Source of the DNA: an uncultured Clostridium sp.
GTDB lineage: Bacteria; Bacillota; Clostridia; Lachnospirales; Lachnospiraceae
Direction of reading: 5' to 3'
NCBI GenBank assembly: GCA_964484055.1
Contig: CAZAEC010000011.1
Coordinates: forward strand, 2,107-66,106
Length of the DNA: 64,000 nucleotides
Shown one piece after another: positions 1-10,418 of the stretch. Position 1 is the first letter of the stretch, and each line of letters opens with the position of its first letter. Both the position numbers and the translations under genes were made by a program. The notes below the pieces were generated by a model. That model made no database searches. It had not been told where the DNA came from and worked only from the letters and a program-made list of their open reading frames with translations.

Positions 1-714
1 ACTTTCACTTGTATACATGTATGCTTCTGTGATTCCCTCTGTAATCTTCTTACCATCCAACATTTTGTGGTATAACGATTCCAGTTCTTCATCTTCCTCT
101 ATTGAAAGATTTGCTTCTACGATTTCATTAATCTCATATTCTGCAAGTGCAATTTCTTTTAACCGTTCTCTTTTATCCATACTGGACTCTTCCAGTTTTT
201 TTGCAAATTCTTTGTATTTTCTATAAGCCTTTGCGAGACTATCTTTTAAATCTTCTACTTCTTCTTTTGCATACAGATCCAAAAACGCAAGATGATTCTT
301 TTTATGCAAAAGCGACTGATGTTCATGCTGTCCATGAATATCGATCAGCATACTCGCAACATCTTTCAGTGTAGACATATTGACTGTCTCACCATTTATC
401 TTACTGACACTTCTTCCTGCCATTAGTTTACGGTTCAGTACAATCCTTCCATCTTCCGGATAAATATCCAGTGCTTCCAGTTGCTTTTCTATCACTGGAT
501 CATCAACAGAAAATGTTAGTTCAACCATACCAAATTTTGCGCCTGTACGCAGCATCTCTGCGTTATAACGACCTCCTAAAGCCAGATTGACCGAATCAAG
601 AAGTATCGACTTTCCTGCTCCGGTCTCTCCTGTCAGTATATTTAATCCTGGGCGAAAATCAACTTCTATCTCATCGATCAGCGCCAGATTTTTAACATAC
701 AGATTTTCTAACAT
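1..714 (-). CDS. recN: DNA repair protein RecN (5' part; runs off the window start)
   Basis: Manual translation from ATG at 714: MLENLYVKNLALIDEIEVDFRPGLNILTGETGAGKS (Walker A); directly downstream of argR, the canonical position. Confidence 0.93.
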   Translation of the reverse strand, partial: MLENLYVKNLALIDEIEVDFRPGLNILTGETGAGKSILLDSVNLALGGRYNAEMLRTGAKFGMVELTFSVDDPVIEKQLEALDIYPEDGRIVLNRKLMAGRSVSKINGETVNMSTLKDVASMLIDIHGQHEHQSLLHKKNHLAFLDLYAKEEVEDLKDSLAKAYRKYKEFAKKLEESSMDKRERLKEIALAEYEINEIVEANLSIEEDEELESLYHKMLDGKKITEGITEAYMYTSES

Positions 715-723
715 ATATTATTC

Positions 724-1182
724 CTATTTTCCTTTTGATACAAGTTTACGGATCTTACTCATCACTTCAACTGTATCTTCTACACTTCGGATCGCACACA
801 TGATCGTATCATCCCCAGCAATACATCCAACGACTTCTTTCCAGTTCATCGCATCGATTGCTGCGGCAACTGCCATTGCCATACCTGCTACCGTCTTGAT
901 CACAAGTATATTTTGTGCCATATCCATAGATACAAAACCATCGCTTAAAATTCGAATGTACTTTTCATTCATACCTTCTTCATCTGGTTTCAGGACTACA
1001 TATTTTTGCTGTTTTCCCTCTACTGCGACTTTTGTAAGTTTCAAGTCTCTGATATCTCTTGAAACAGTCGCCTGAGTCACCTTGAATCCAGCCTGATTTA
1101 AACGTTCTGCCAGTTCTTCCTGTGTCTCAATATCATATTGACGAATCAATTCAATAATTTTTGCGTGACGGCTGACTTTCAT
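724..1182 (-). CDS. argR: Arginine repressor
   Basis: TQEEL..L...GFKVTQATVSRDI wHTH and C-terminal GCIAGDDT motif. Confidence 0.96.
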   Translation of the reverse strand: MKVSRHAKIIELIRQYDIETQEELAERLNQAGFKVTQATVSRDIRDLKLTKVAVEGKQQKYVVLKPDEEGMNEKYIRILSDGFVSMDMAQNILVIKTVAGMAMAVAAAIDAMNWKEVVGCIAGDDTIMCAIRSVEDTVEVMSKIRKLVSKGK

Positions 1183-1186
1183 TTTA

Positions 1187-2020
1187 TCAGATTCCTTTCA
1201 TTTTATTTGACATAATATGCATAAAGCTTTGTTTACTTAATTTGACCAAACGCGTAACTTCTTCTGCTTTTCGAATAACAATTCTTTCCCCACTGAAGAT
1301 TTCAAAATTCTCCGCGCCGTCAAAAGAAACAATTGCTTTTTCTTTTTCTCCATAACGGCTTTCACATACTTCTACTTCTATTGTATCCTTTGATGATAAT
1401 ACAATACTGCTTCCATTTAATGCATGTGGGCAGATTGGCGTTAATACAAACATATCTGCAGTTGGTTCTACAACCGGTCCTCCCGCTGAAAGATTGTATC
1501 CTGTAGAACCTGTTGGTGTTGAGATAATAACACCATCTGCAACATAACTATTGAGTAATGCACCATTCACATATACGTTATAGCGTATCACTCTGAGATT
1601 TCCATCTCTTGCGACTACAACGTCATTTAATGCAATCTCATTCATTTTTCCTTCCACTGTTCCACGCATCATCATACGTTTCTCAATTGTGGGATTCCCG
1701 TTGAACAGAGCATCCAACGCTGTCTGAAATTCGTGAAGCTCCACTTCGGCTAAAAATCCAAGTGTTCCGAGATTCAGCCCGATCAGCGGAATCTCATATC
1801 CTTCCATGTTTCTTGCAGCACGGATCAATGTTCCATCTCCTCCGATCACAATCGCACAATCAACATTTGCAGGCACTGTACCCTTGATGATGTCTCCATT
1901 CCCATCTTTCTGTGCAAGAATACAGGTGTTTCCGCTTTTTTCAATATAATCTTTGATCTGATTTGTAACACGGAAATCACTATCCTTGATCTCATTTGTG
2001 ATCAAATAAAACTTATCCAT
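1187..2020 (-). CDS. nadK: NAD kinase
   Basis: GGDGT, NLGTLGFL, NDVVV and STPTGSTGYNLSAGGP motifs. Confidence 0.96.
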   Translation of the reverse strand: MDKFYLITNEIKDSDFRVTNQIKDYIEKSGNTCILAQKDGNGDIIKGTVPANVDCAIVIGGDGTLIRAARNMEGYEIPLIGLNLGTLGFLAEVELHEFQTALDALFNGNPTIEKRMMMRGTVEGKMNEIALNDVVVARDGNLRVIRYNVYVNGALLNSYVADGVIISTPTGSTGYNLSAGGPVVEPTADMFVLTPICPHALNGSSIVLSSKDTIEVEVCESRYGEKEKAIVSFDGAENFEIFSGERIVIRKAEEVTRLVKLSKQSFMHIMSNKMKGI

Positions 2021-2032
2021 ACTATCTCCTGT

Positions 2033-2836
2033 TTATGCAAGTGCATCAAATGCGAGATCAACAACTGTTTTCAAATCCTGTGTGATCTCTGGCACTTCTC
2101 CCTCCGATACTTTTTTCAAATGGATCAGATATTCAATATTTCCTTCTGGTCCTTTGATCGGTGAGAAATCAAGATTCAATATATCGAATCCGATTGAATG
2201 TGCATAAAGTGCTACTTTTTCTATTACTTCGCGGTGTGTACTCTTTTCTCTTACTACACCTTTTTTTCCTACTTTTTCTCTTCCTGCTTCAAACTGAGGT
2301 TTGATCAGAGCAACAATCTCACCATCTGGTGTCAGATAATTGCGGATTGGTTCCAATACTTTTGTCAATGAAATAAAGGAAACATCAATAGAAGAAAATG
2401 CAACTGGTTCTCCAAGATCTTCTGGTGTCACATAACGGATATTTGTTTTTTCCATACATACGACACGTTCATCCTGACGGAGTTTCCAGTCAAGCTGTCC
2501 TCTTCCAACATCGATCGCAAATACTTTAACTGCTCCATTCTGAAGCATACAATCTGTAAATCCTCCTGTAGAAGAACCAACATCTGTGCAGACCTTTCCT
2601 TCAACAGTCACATCAAAATTTGCAAGTGCCTTTTCCAGTTTCAGTCCACCTCTGCTGACATAAGGAAGTGTTTTCCCTTTGATCTCAATCTGTACTTCAT
2701 CAGAAAATGTAGTTCCGGCTTTGTCTTCTCTCTGCCCTTCTACAAATACATTACCCGACATAATGATTGCTTTTGCTTTTTCTCTTGATTCTGCCAGATT
2801 TCTTTTTACAAGCAGAACATCCAAACGTTCTTTCAT
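2033..2836 (-). CDS. tlyA: TlyA-family rRNA methyltransferase (S4 + FtsJ-like domains)
   Basis: ERLDVLLV S4 domain, YVSRGGLKL, DVGSSTGGFTD, IDVSFIS, ALIKPQFE. Confidence 0.95.
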   Translation of the reverse strand: MKERLDVLLVKRNLAESREKAKAIIMSGNVFVEGQREDKAGTTFSDEVQIEIKGKTLPYVSRGGLKLEKALANFDVTVEGKVCTDVGSSTGGFTDCMLQNGAVKVFAIDVGRGQLDWKLRQDERVVCMEKTNIRYVTPEDLGEPVAFSSIDVSFISLTKVLEPIRNYLTPDGEIVALIKPQFEAGREKVGKKGVVREKSTHREVIEKVALYAHSIGFDILNLDFSPIKGPEGNIEYLIHLKKVSEGEVPEITQDLKTVVDLAFDALA

Positions 2837-4716
2837 ACTCTTCCATCTTTCCTTATCATCAAATACTCTGTTATGATCTTCTGCGTGATCGTTTCTTTAT
2901 CCAAACCGATCGATCTTCGCAAAATATCTACATTTCCATGTTCTATAAATTCATCATCAATTCCAAATGAACAAACCTTAAGCTGTAATTTTTCTCTTGA
3001 AATATAATCCAGTACATGCTGTCCAAACCCACCAGACAACGTACCTTCTTCAATCGTTACGATCAGCGAATGTTCTTTTTCTAATTCACGCACTCGTTTT
3101 TCATCAAAAGGTTTAACAAATCTTGCATTGATTAATGTACAAGAATATCCTTTTTTTGTTAATTCAGAATGTACTGCATCTGCGAGTTCTGCCATGTGTC
3201 CTACTGACAAGATCGCAATATCCTTTTCTTTGTACAACACTTCGCTTTCACCATATCTGATCGGTGCACGGAATTCCTGTAATCCTTCATAAGCTGTCCC
3301 TCTTGGATAACGCAGTGCAACTGGTCCGTCATACTCAATCGCAAAACGTAACATATCTGCCAATTCCCAGCGATTCTTCGGCGTGAGAACTGTCATATTC
3401 GGAATCGTTGAAAGAAATGCCATATCAAGAAGTCCTTGATGTGTCTCTCCATCACTTCCAACAAGACCAGCCCTGTCAATCGCAAATACAACCGGTAGCT
3501 TTTGTATGCAAACATCGTGAACAATCTGATCATATGCTCTTTGTAAAAATGATGAATACAATGCAACCACTGGCTTTAATCCCCCTGCTGCCTGTCCAGC
3601 TGCAAATGTCACTGCATGTTCTTCTGCAATCCCCACGTCAAAAAATCTCTGTGGAAACATTTTTGAAAACCTTGTCAATCCTGTTCCATCTGCCATCGCA
3701 GCAGTGATCGCTGTTACATTTTTATTATTCCGTGCAACATCGCAGAGGACTTTTGAAAATACCTCTGTCCAAGAATCCGCACCAGAAGCTGATTTTGATT
3801 CTCCTGTCTCTATTACAAAAGGACCCGTTCCGTGGAATTTTGATGGATTCTGTTCTGCTGGCTCATATCCTTTTCCTTTATGTGTCAAAACGTGTACGAT
3901 CACTGCATGATTCACACGTTTTGCTTCCATAAATACTTTATAAAGCTGATTCACATCATGACCATCTACAGGTCCAAGATAAGTGATTCCCATATCTTCA
4001 AAAAACATTCCTGGAACTATCAATTGCTTAATCCCACTTTTCGTTTTTTTGATACGGTTTACGATTCTTTCTCCATTCCCTGGAATCCGCATGATCGCAG
4101 TCTCTACTCCACGCTTTAATTCTGTATATGGTTCTGCTGTACGGAGTCCATTTAGATAATTCGACATACCGCCAACATTTTTAGAAATTGACATGTTATT
4201 ATCATTTAACACAATGATAAAATTACTTTTAATCTGTGCCGCATTATTTAATGCCTCATAAGCCATGCCTCCAGTCATAGACCCGTCGCCTATGACTGAA
4301 ACAACATGATAATCCTCTTCTTGAATATCTCTAGCTGCAACCAGACCAAGACCTGCAGAAATTGATGTGGAACTATGTCCAGTATCGAACACATCGCAGT
4401 CGCTTTCTTTTCTCTTTGGAAATCCACTCATTCCACCAAACTTTCGCAGATCGTCAAATCCAGCGCTTCTTCCTGTCAGAAGTTTATGTGTATAAGATTG
4501 ATGTCCAACATCCCAGATGATTTTGTCTTTCGGAAGATCAAACGCAAGATGTAATGCCATTGTAAGTTCTACGACCCCTAGATTAGACGCCAAATGTCCT
4601 CCTGTGACACTTACTTTATCGATCAAAAATTCTCGAATCTCCTGAGCAAGGATCTCTCTTTCCTCTGGTTCAAGATTTTTAATATCGTTCGCTTTTTGAA
4701 TCTTCTCTAAAGCCAT
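2833..4716 (-). CDS. dxs: 1-deoxy-D-xylulose-5-phosphate synthase
   Basis: GGHLASNLG, WDVGHQSY, GDGSMTGGMAYEALN (ThDP motif), DVGIAEEHA, DRAGLVGSDGETH. Confidence 0.97.
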   Translation of the reverse strand: MALEKIQKANDIKNLEPEEREILAQEIREFLIDKVSVTGGHLASNLGVVELTMALHLAFDLPKDKIIWDVGHQSYTHKLLTGRSAGFDDLRKFGGMSGFPKRKESDCDVFDTGHSSTSISAGLGLVAARDIQEEDYHVVSVIGDGSMTGGMAYEALNNAAQIKSNFIIVLNDNNMSISKNVGGMSNYLNGLRTAEPYTELKRGVETAIMRIPGNGERIVNRIKKTKSGIKQLIVPGMFFEDMGITYLGPVDGHDVNQLYKVFMEAKRVNHAVIVHVLTHKGKGYEPAEQNPSKFHGTGPFVIETGESKSASGADSWTEVFSKVLCDVARNNKNVTAITAAMADGTGLTRFSKMFPQRFFDVGIAEEHAVTFAAGQAAGGLKPVVALYSSFLQRAYDQIVHDVCIQKLPVVFAIDRAGLVGSDGETHQGLLDMAFLSTIPNMTVLTPKNRWELADMLRFAIEYDGPVALRYPRGTAYEGLQEFRAPIRYGESEVLYKEKDIAILSVGHMAELADAVHSELTKKGYSCTLINARFVKPFDEKRVRELEKEHSLIVTIEEGTLSGGFGQHVLDYISREKLQLKVCSFGIDDEFIEHGNVDILRRSIGLDKETITQKIITEYLMIRKDGRV

Positions 4717-4729
4717 ATTGATTCCCCTT

Positions 4730-5620
4730 TTATTTTTCTCTGTTAACCATAGACAGAAGCATAAGTTCTAAGAATTCATCTTCTGGTTCCAGAGTTTTTA
4801 AGATCTCGAGTGCTTCATCTACAAGACGTTTTACTTCTTCTTTTGCAGCATCGATTCCTTTTAATGTTACATATGTAACCTTTTTATTCTTTTCATCACT
4901 GTTTGCAGGTTTTCCAAGAACTTCGTCTGTACCTGTTACATCAAGAATATCATCCTGAATCTGGTAAGCTGTACCAACTTTTCTTCCGATGAGCTGAAGT
5001 TTTGTTACCTGTTCTTCTGTTGCTCCTGCAAGGATACCACCAATCATAAGCGCACCTTCGATCAATGCAGCTGTTTTCAGAACGTAAGCAAATTTCAGTT
5101 TTTCTTCTGTCATTTCTTCTTCATCATCCTGTACATCAATCACCTGTCCACCGACCATACCGTAAACACCAGCTTTTTCAGTAAGAACTGCAAATGCTTT
5201 TGCAACTCTGTCTACATCTACACCTGGGAGTGTAAATGCACGACATACTGTTTCGTATGCATAGTTTAAAAGAGCATCTCCTGTAAGGATTCCCATTGCT
5301 TCGCCGTATTCAGCATGTGTAGTTTTCTTTCCTCTTCTATATTCATCATTATCCATTGCTGGAAGATCATCGTGTACAAGAGAATATGTGTGGATCAATT
5401 CGATTGCAGCCATAAACTTTTCAATAACAGGACCTTCTCCTCCGCACAAACGGAATGCTTCATACATAAGGATTGGGCGAATACGCTTTCCACCTGCCAT
5501 AACACTATAATTCATTGCTTCCATGATCTTATGCTGATGTCCGCTCTTTCCTGGAAGTAATAAGAATAATAAGTCATCCATTGCCTCTGTCTTGATTTTC
5601 ATTGCTTCATTAAAATTCAT
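4730..5620 (-). CDS. ispA: Farnesyl/geranylgeranyl diphosphate synthase (polyprenyl synthetase)
   Basis: GGKRIRP, HDDLPAMDNDEYRRG (FARM), QIQDDILD (SARM); likely start ATG 5620. Confidence 0.95.
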   Translation of the reverse strand: MNFNEAMKIKTEAMDDLLFLLLPGKSGHQHKIMEAMNYSVMAGGKRIRPILMYEAFRLCGGEGPVIEKFMAAIELIHTYSLVHDDLPAMDNDEYRRGKKTTHAEYGEAMGILTGDALLNYAYETVCRAFTLPGVDVDRVAKAFAVLTEKAGVYGMVGGQVIDVQDDEEEMTEEKLKFAYVLKTAALIEGALMIGGILAGATEEQVTKLQLIGRKVGTAYQIQDDILDVTGTDEVLGKPANSDEKNKKVTYVTLKGIDAAKEEVKRLVDEALEILKTLEPEDEFLELMLLSMVNREK

Positions 5621-5855
5621 ACAAGTCACCACTTTCATCTAAAATTAATACTTCTTTTTCTACCATATCAATGGTATCATTACATTTTTTTAAAATTGTC
5701 ATTCCCTGTTTGTAAAGTTGAAATGATTCTTCCAGAGAAATCTCTGAATCTTCCATTCTGTCAGCGATCTCATCTAAAACTGTAAACAATTCCTCTAGAG
5801 TCTGCTGTCCCTCTAAAGTCTCTGTTTCCAGATGATCTTGCTTTTTCTCTGTCAT
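5610..5855 (-). CDS. xseB: Exodeoxyribonuclease VII small subunit
   Basis: LEE....LDEI..RME...ISLEESF.LY..G pattern; between xseA and ispA. Confidence 0.94.
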   Translation of the reverse strand: MTEKKQDHLETETLEGQQTLEELFTVLDEIADRMEDSEISLEESFQLYKQGMTILKKCNDTIDMVEKEVLILDESGDLYEF

Positions 5856-7060
5856 TCTCGTTCCTCCTTTTGCATACCGGTAATCTTTGCTTCTATCTGT
5901 CCATCCTTTACATATATACGGATGTTATCACCTTTTTGGGTCTGCTCAATACTTTTTAAAGTCGTTCCGTCTTCTGTCTCAACATATGCATATCCTTGAT
6001 TCAGCTTATTTAACGGAGACAATCCCTTCATTCTTTCAATACGCATTGCCAGCATATGTCTATTTTCGGATAATTTATCCTGCATTGCTCGTCGGATGAT
6101 CGTTTCCAGATCCGCTGATTGCTGACGTTTTTCATTCAACTTTTGCTTTGGATGTGCATACCGAAGCCGCATTGCTAATGTTTCCTGACGCTTTCGCTCA
6201 CGTTCTATACGAACGGATATCTGACGTTTCATCCGGAGGCAACGTTCTTGTAATGCCGCATCTAGATTTCGCACATCATATACCGCCAATTCAGCTGCTG
6301 CCGAAGGTGTCGGTGCACGTAGATCCGCCACATAATCCGAAATCACTGTATCCGTTTCATGTCCGACTGCAGAAATGATCGGAACCGAACACTCGAAGAT
6401 CGCTCTTGCCACAATTTCTTCATTGAATGCCCATAAATCTTCGATCGAACCGCCACCTCTGCCGACAATGATCACATCTGGTTTCTGTGCTTCCATCATC
6501 TGGATTCCCTTTACAATACTCTCCGCTGCACCTTCTCCTTGTACAAGGACTGGATAAAGCAAAAGCTGTACATATGGATTCCTGCGTTTTGAAATATTGA
6601 TGATATCTCGCACTGCTGCACCTGTCGGCGCAGTTACGATTCCTACTTTTTTTGCAAATACTGGGATTGGCTGCTTATATTCTTCCGCAAACATCCCCAT
6701 CTCTTCCAGCTCTTTTTTCAAAGCCTCATACTTTTCATATAAAAGACCCACACCATTCAGAATGATCTCTTTTGCATAAAGCTGATACTTCCCGTCTCTT
6801 TCATAGACGTCTACTGAGCCAAGAACGATCACGCTTTGCCCTTCCCGCATACGAAAAGAAAGCCCCGCCCTTGCTCCTGCGAACATTACGCAGGCAATTG
6901 TGCCGGACTCATCTTTCAGTGAAAAATAAATATGCCCAGAAGTATGATACTTACAGTTCGATACCTCTCCCTTTACATAAATACGGTTCAGCATAAAATC
7001 GTGGGCAAACATGTTCTTGATATATTGATTCACCTGTCTGACTGTATAGACATTACGCAT
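5852..7060 (-). CDS. xseA: Exodeoxyribonuclease VII large subunit
   Basis: GEVSN, SGHIYFSLKD, GRGGGSIEDLWAFNEE, SAVGHETD, RAPTPSAAAE. Confidence 0.97.
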   Translation of the reverse strand: MRNVYTVRQVNQYIKNMFAHDFMLNRIYVKGEVSNCKYHTSGHIYFSLKDESGTIACVMFAGARAGLSFRMREGQSVIVLGSVDVYERDGKYQLYAKEIILNGVGLLYEKYEALKKELEEMGMFAEEYKQPIPVFAKKVGIVTAPTGAAVRDIINISKRRNPYVQLLLYPVLVQGEGAAESIVKGIQMMEAQKPDVIIVGRGGGSIEDLWAFNEEIVARAIFECSVPIISAVGHETDTVISDYVADLRAPTPSAAAELAVYDVRNLDAALQERCLRMKRQISVRIERERKRQETLAMRLRYAHPKQKLNEKRQQSADLETIIRRAMQDKLSENRHMLAMRIERMKGLSPLNKLNQGYAYVETEDGTTLKSIEQTQKGDNIRIYVKDGQIEAKITGMQKEERE

Positions 7061-7086
7061 ATAAACTGCCTCCCACGCTGCAGTGA

Positions 7087-7488
7087 TTATTCTTCAACAA
7101 TCTTTGCTAATACCCCATTGATAAATGCAGGTGCTGATTCACTACTGAACTTCTTCGCAAGTTCTACTGCTTCATTAATTGCAACACCTTTTGGAATATC
7201 TTCATCCCACTTCAGTTCATACACTGCGAGTCGAAGGATCGCAAGATCCACTTTATTCATACGAGTTGTCTTCCAGCCTGAGCTTGTCTCATTCAAGATC
7301 ACATCGATCTCTTCTGATCTGGCTGCGATTGCTTTATATTTATTCTTAATATAATCTATGTCTTTATCCACAGCATTCTGAAGCTCTTCCAGATAAAGGT
7401 CTAACTGTTCCTGCATATCAGCAGCTTCATTGAATTCAATCTGGAACACCATCTTAAAAATATGCTCACGAAGCTCTTTTCTTGTCAT
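7087..7488 (-). CDS. nusB: Transcription antitermination factor NusB
   Basis: DLAILRLAVYEL, VAINEAVELAKKF, FINGVL. Confidence 0.96.
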   Translation of the reverse strand: MTRKELREHIFKMVFQIEFNEAADMQEQLDLYLEELQNAVDKDIDYIKNKYKAIAARSEEIDVILNETSSGWKTTRMNKVDLAILRLAVYELKWDEDIPKGVAINEAVELAKKFSSESAPAFINGVLAKIVEE

Positions 7489-7550
7489 ACTATGTCCTCT
7501 CTTCAGTTTGTTTTGCTTTCTTGATTCCCTTTTCCAATCTGTCTAATGAA

Positions 7551-7574
7551 AAAGGATGTCTTACGACACCCTTT
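7551..7574 (-). terminator. Intrinsic terminator after asp23, overlapped by the nusB promoter
   Basis: Minus strand AAAGGGTGTC-gtaa-GACATCCTTT followed by further T residues. Confidence 0.65.
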
Positions 7575-7604
7575 ATTATACTACACAATATATGTTCTTT
7601 GCAA
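7575..7604 (-). promoter_or_regulatory. SigA-type promoter upstream of nusB
   Basis: TTGCAA-18 bp-TATAAT on the minus strand. Confidence 0.55.
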
Positions 7605-7612
7605 CGAAAAGG

Positions 7613-7996
7613 TTATGCCTCTGGTTCCATTTCTACACCAGCTACTCGGACATTAATATCTGCAACTTCCAGACTTGTCATATTCTCGATTGTAGTTTTT
7701 ACCTTTTCCTGAACACTCTTTGTCACTTCTACGATACTGAAGTCATATTTTACGATCAGAGACATTGATATTGTAACAACACCTTCTAATACATCAACTT
7801 TCACGCCTTTGGAAGGATTCTTCATTCCTCGTTTGTTGATTCTTTCCTTCGCTGTGTTTCCAGCCACAGATGCAACACCTTTTACGTCTGCTGCCGCATA
7901 TGCTGCGATCGTTGCCACAACATCATCTGCGATTTGCACTTCTCCTAAACTGGATTCGTTCTGTATTGTATAAGTGATCTTTTCGTCCTTTGCCAT
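7613..7996 (-). CDS. Asp23/Gls24 family envelope-stress protein
   Basis: GEVQIADDVVATIA..AA..VKGV, KGVKVDV, VQEKVKTTIENMT.LEV..INVRV; AGGAGG RBS before ATG 7996. Confidence 0.92.
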   Translation of the reverse strand: MAKDEKITYTIQNESSLGEVQIADDVVATIAAYAAADVKGVASVAGNTAKERINKRGMKNPSKGVKVDVLEGVVTISMSLIVKYDFSIVEVTKSVQEKVKTTIENMTSLEVADINVRVAGVEMEPEA

Positions 7997-8070
7997 TCTC
8001 AAAACCTCCTGTGGTTGAATCTATATATTGGTATTATATCAAATATCATTTGAATTGCAAACCAAAAACT

Positions 8071-9663
8071 TTATGAACGACCAAATTCTGAAAGAATCAG
8101 ATCTTTATTACGTTCCTGTGTCATACGGATACTCCAATCGTGTACAAACAGAAGAAGTGGTCTTCCTTTCAGATCTTTGATCTTCTTCATATCGGATGTT
8201 CCGATCAATTTATCCATATTGATCTCTTCATTTTCAATCCAACGGATATGTTCGTATGGCAATGTTTCCAAACGGATCTCTACATTGTATTCATTCTCCA
8301 GACGATATTTCAATACATCAAACTGAAGGACACCAACTACACCTACAATGATCTCTTCCATACCAGTATTAAATTCCTGGAAAATCTGGATCGCACCTTC
8401 CTGCGCGATCTGGTTAATTCCTTTTACGAACTGTTTTCTCTTCATTGTGTCCATCTGACGCACTCTTGCAAAATGCTCTGGCGCGAATGTAGGGATTCCT
8501 TCGTATGCAAACTTTTCTTTTGATGTTGTCAGTGTATCCCCGATTGAGAAAATACCCGGATCAAATACACCAATGATATCGCCACCATATGCATTTTCAA
8601 TGATCTTTCTCTCGCTTGCCATCATCTGCTGTGGCTGTGAAAGACGTACGTCTTTTCCACCCTGCACATGATAAACAGACATTCCGGCTTCAAATGCTCC
8701 TGAACAGATACGCATAAATGCAATTCTGTCACGATGTGCTTTGTTCATATTTGCCTGAATCTTAAAGACAAATGCTGAAAAATCTTTTTCTTCCATTGGA
8801 TCAATCAAACCATGATCTGACATTCTTGGCAATGGAGAAGATGTCATCTGTAAAAAGTGCTGCAAAAATGTCTCAACACCAAAGTTTGTAAGCGCTGATC
8901 CGAAGAATACTGGTGAAAGTTCACCTTTGGATACAAGTTCCTGATCAAATTCAGATGCAGCTCCATCCAGAAGTTCAATCTCTTCTTCCAAAAGCATCTT
9001 TGCATCTTCACCAATAATCGCATCAATATCAGCATCTTCAATAGAAACTGTCTGTACTTCACCCATACGAGTTCCTTTTTTTGTATCAGAGAAGAGTTCT
9101 ACTTCTTTTCTCTCTCTATTATATACACCCTTAAATTCCTTACCAGAGCCAATTGGCCAGTTGATCGGACATGTTGGGATACCAAGTTCTTTTTCAATCT
9201 CGTCAAGCAGATCAAATGTATCTCTTGCATCACGGTCCATTTTATTGATAAATGTAAAGATTGGAATATGACGCATTGCACATACTTTAAACAATTTTCT
9301 TGTCTGTGCTTCCACACCCTTTGATCCGTCGATTACCATTACTGCAGAGTCTGCAGCCATCAACGTACGATATGTGTCTTCCGAGAAATCCTGATGTCCC
9401 GGTGTATCCAGGATATTGATACAATATCCGTCATAATTAAACTGCAATACAGAAGAAGTAACGGAAATACCTCTTTCTTTTTCAATCTCCATCCAGTCTG
9501 ACACCGCATGCTTTGCAGTTGCTTTTCCTTTTACAGATCCAGCCTGATTGATCGCACCACCATATAACAGAAATTTTTCTGTCAGTGTTGTCTTACCAGC
9601 ATCCGGATGTGAGATAATTGCAAATGTTCTTCGTTTTTTAATTTCATTTGTAATTTCAGACAT
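8071..9663 (-). CDS. prfC: Peptide chain release factor 3
   Basis: RRTFAIISHPDAGKTTLTEK, SDWMEIEKERGISVTSS, DTPGHQDFSEDTYR, NKMD. Confidence 0.97.
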   Translation of the reverse strand: MSEITNEIKKRRTFAIISHPDAGKTTLTEKFLLYGGAINQAGSVKGKATAKHAVSDWMEIEKERGISVTSSVLQFNYDGYCINILDTPGHQDFSEDTYRTLMAADSAVMVIDGSKGVEAQTRKLFKVCAMRHIPIFTFINKMDRDARDTFDLLDEIEKELGIPTCPINWPIGSGKEFKGVYNRERKEVELFSDTKKGTRMGEVQTVSIEDADIDAIIGEDAKMLLEEEIELLDGAASEFDQELVSKGELSPVFFGSALTNFGVETFLQHFLQMTSSPLPRMSDHGLIDPMEEKDFSAFVFKIQANMNKAHRDRIAFMRICSGAFEAGMSVYHVQGGKDVRLSQPQQMMASERKIIENAYGGDIIGVFDPGIFSIGDTLTTSKEKFAYEGIPTFAPEHFARVRQMDTMKRKQFVKGINQIAQEGAIQIFQEFNTGMEEIIVGVVGVLQFDVLKYRLENEYNVEIRLETLPYEHIRWIENEEINMDKLIGTSDMKKIKDLKGRPLLLFVHDWSIRMTQERNKDLILSEFGRS

Positions 9664-9798
9664 AATAGCTCTCCTATTAATATTTTCTATTTTATCATCC
9701 TATTTTTCAGTTCAACTATGAGATTGCCTGAAACATTCATTACAAAATGTCACAGCTACCCATATTAGTTTATAATATCATATCTAACTTCTATTTGT

Positions 9799-10404
9799 CT
9801 ACTCGTGAATTGCAGTTATCACAATATTTTCTGGTGCAACATCTGTTTTTCTTGTCACAATATCTTCAATCTGCGCACGAGATGCATCTGTTAGTTCCTC
9901 TACTCTGACTACAATATCTGCCGAATCAGATGTAAGACTTACAACTGCATCTGCAAATCCTTTTGATGCCAACAATGTTTCTACTGACATTTCTTGCTCG
10001 GCGATCGTTGTGATCTCAAGCATCTTTGCAACTGCATCTGCCTTTTCTGTATCACTTAAATTTGTATTATCAATGATTCCCTGTAATGTTTCTTTATTCT
10101 GCGCTCTTACTTGTTCTCTCGTCACCTTCGCTTCTGCGATCGTAGACTCTGCTGCTCCACTTGTTAGGACTGCCTCCCCCGGTGTTCCTTCCACTTCAGA
10201 ATCGTTGCTCACAATATCCCCTGTTTCCAAATCTTCTTCTGAAATATCAAGCAATTCTTGATTGACCAAATTTGTATTCGCCTCTGTCGTACCTTTCGCT
10301 GTATCATCAAACAGCGTTCCCGAATAGTTCAGATACCCTGCGATCGCGATCATAACTGCTAATGTTGTAATAATGATCTGATTCTTTTTAAATAAATGTT
10401 TCAC
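9799..10404 (-). CDS. spoIIIAH: Stage III sporulation protein AH
   Basis: KKNQIIITTLAVMIAIAGYLNY N-terminus, REQVRAQNKETL, KGFADAVV; last gene of the spoIIIA operon. Confidence 0.92.
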   Translation of the reverse strand: MKHLFKKNQIIITTLAVMIAIAGYLNYSGTLFDDTAKGTTEANTNLVNQELLDISEEDLETGDIVSNDSEVEGTPGEAVLTSGAAESTIAEAKVTREQVRAQNKETLQGIIDNTNLSDTEKADAVAKMLEITTIAEQEMSVETLLASKGFADAVVSLTSDSADIVVRVEELTDASRAQIEDIVTRKTDVAPENIVITAIHE

Positions 10405-10418
10405 CCAGAACCTCCTTA

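Noticed and set aside
2033-2836. Hemolysin virulence factor
   Set aside because: TlyA here is the conserved rRNA methyltransferase in its standard dxs-tlyA-nadK position.
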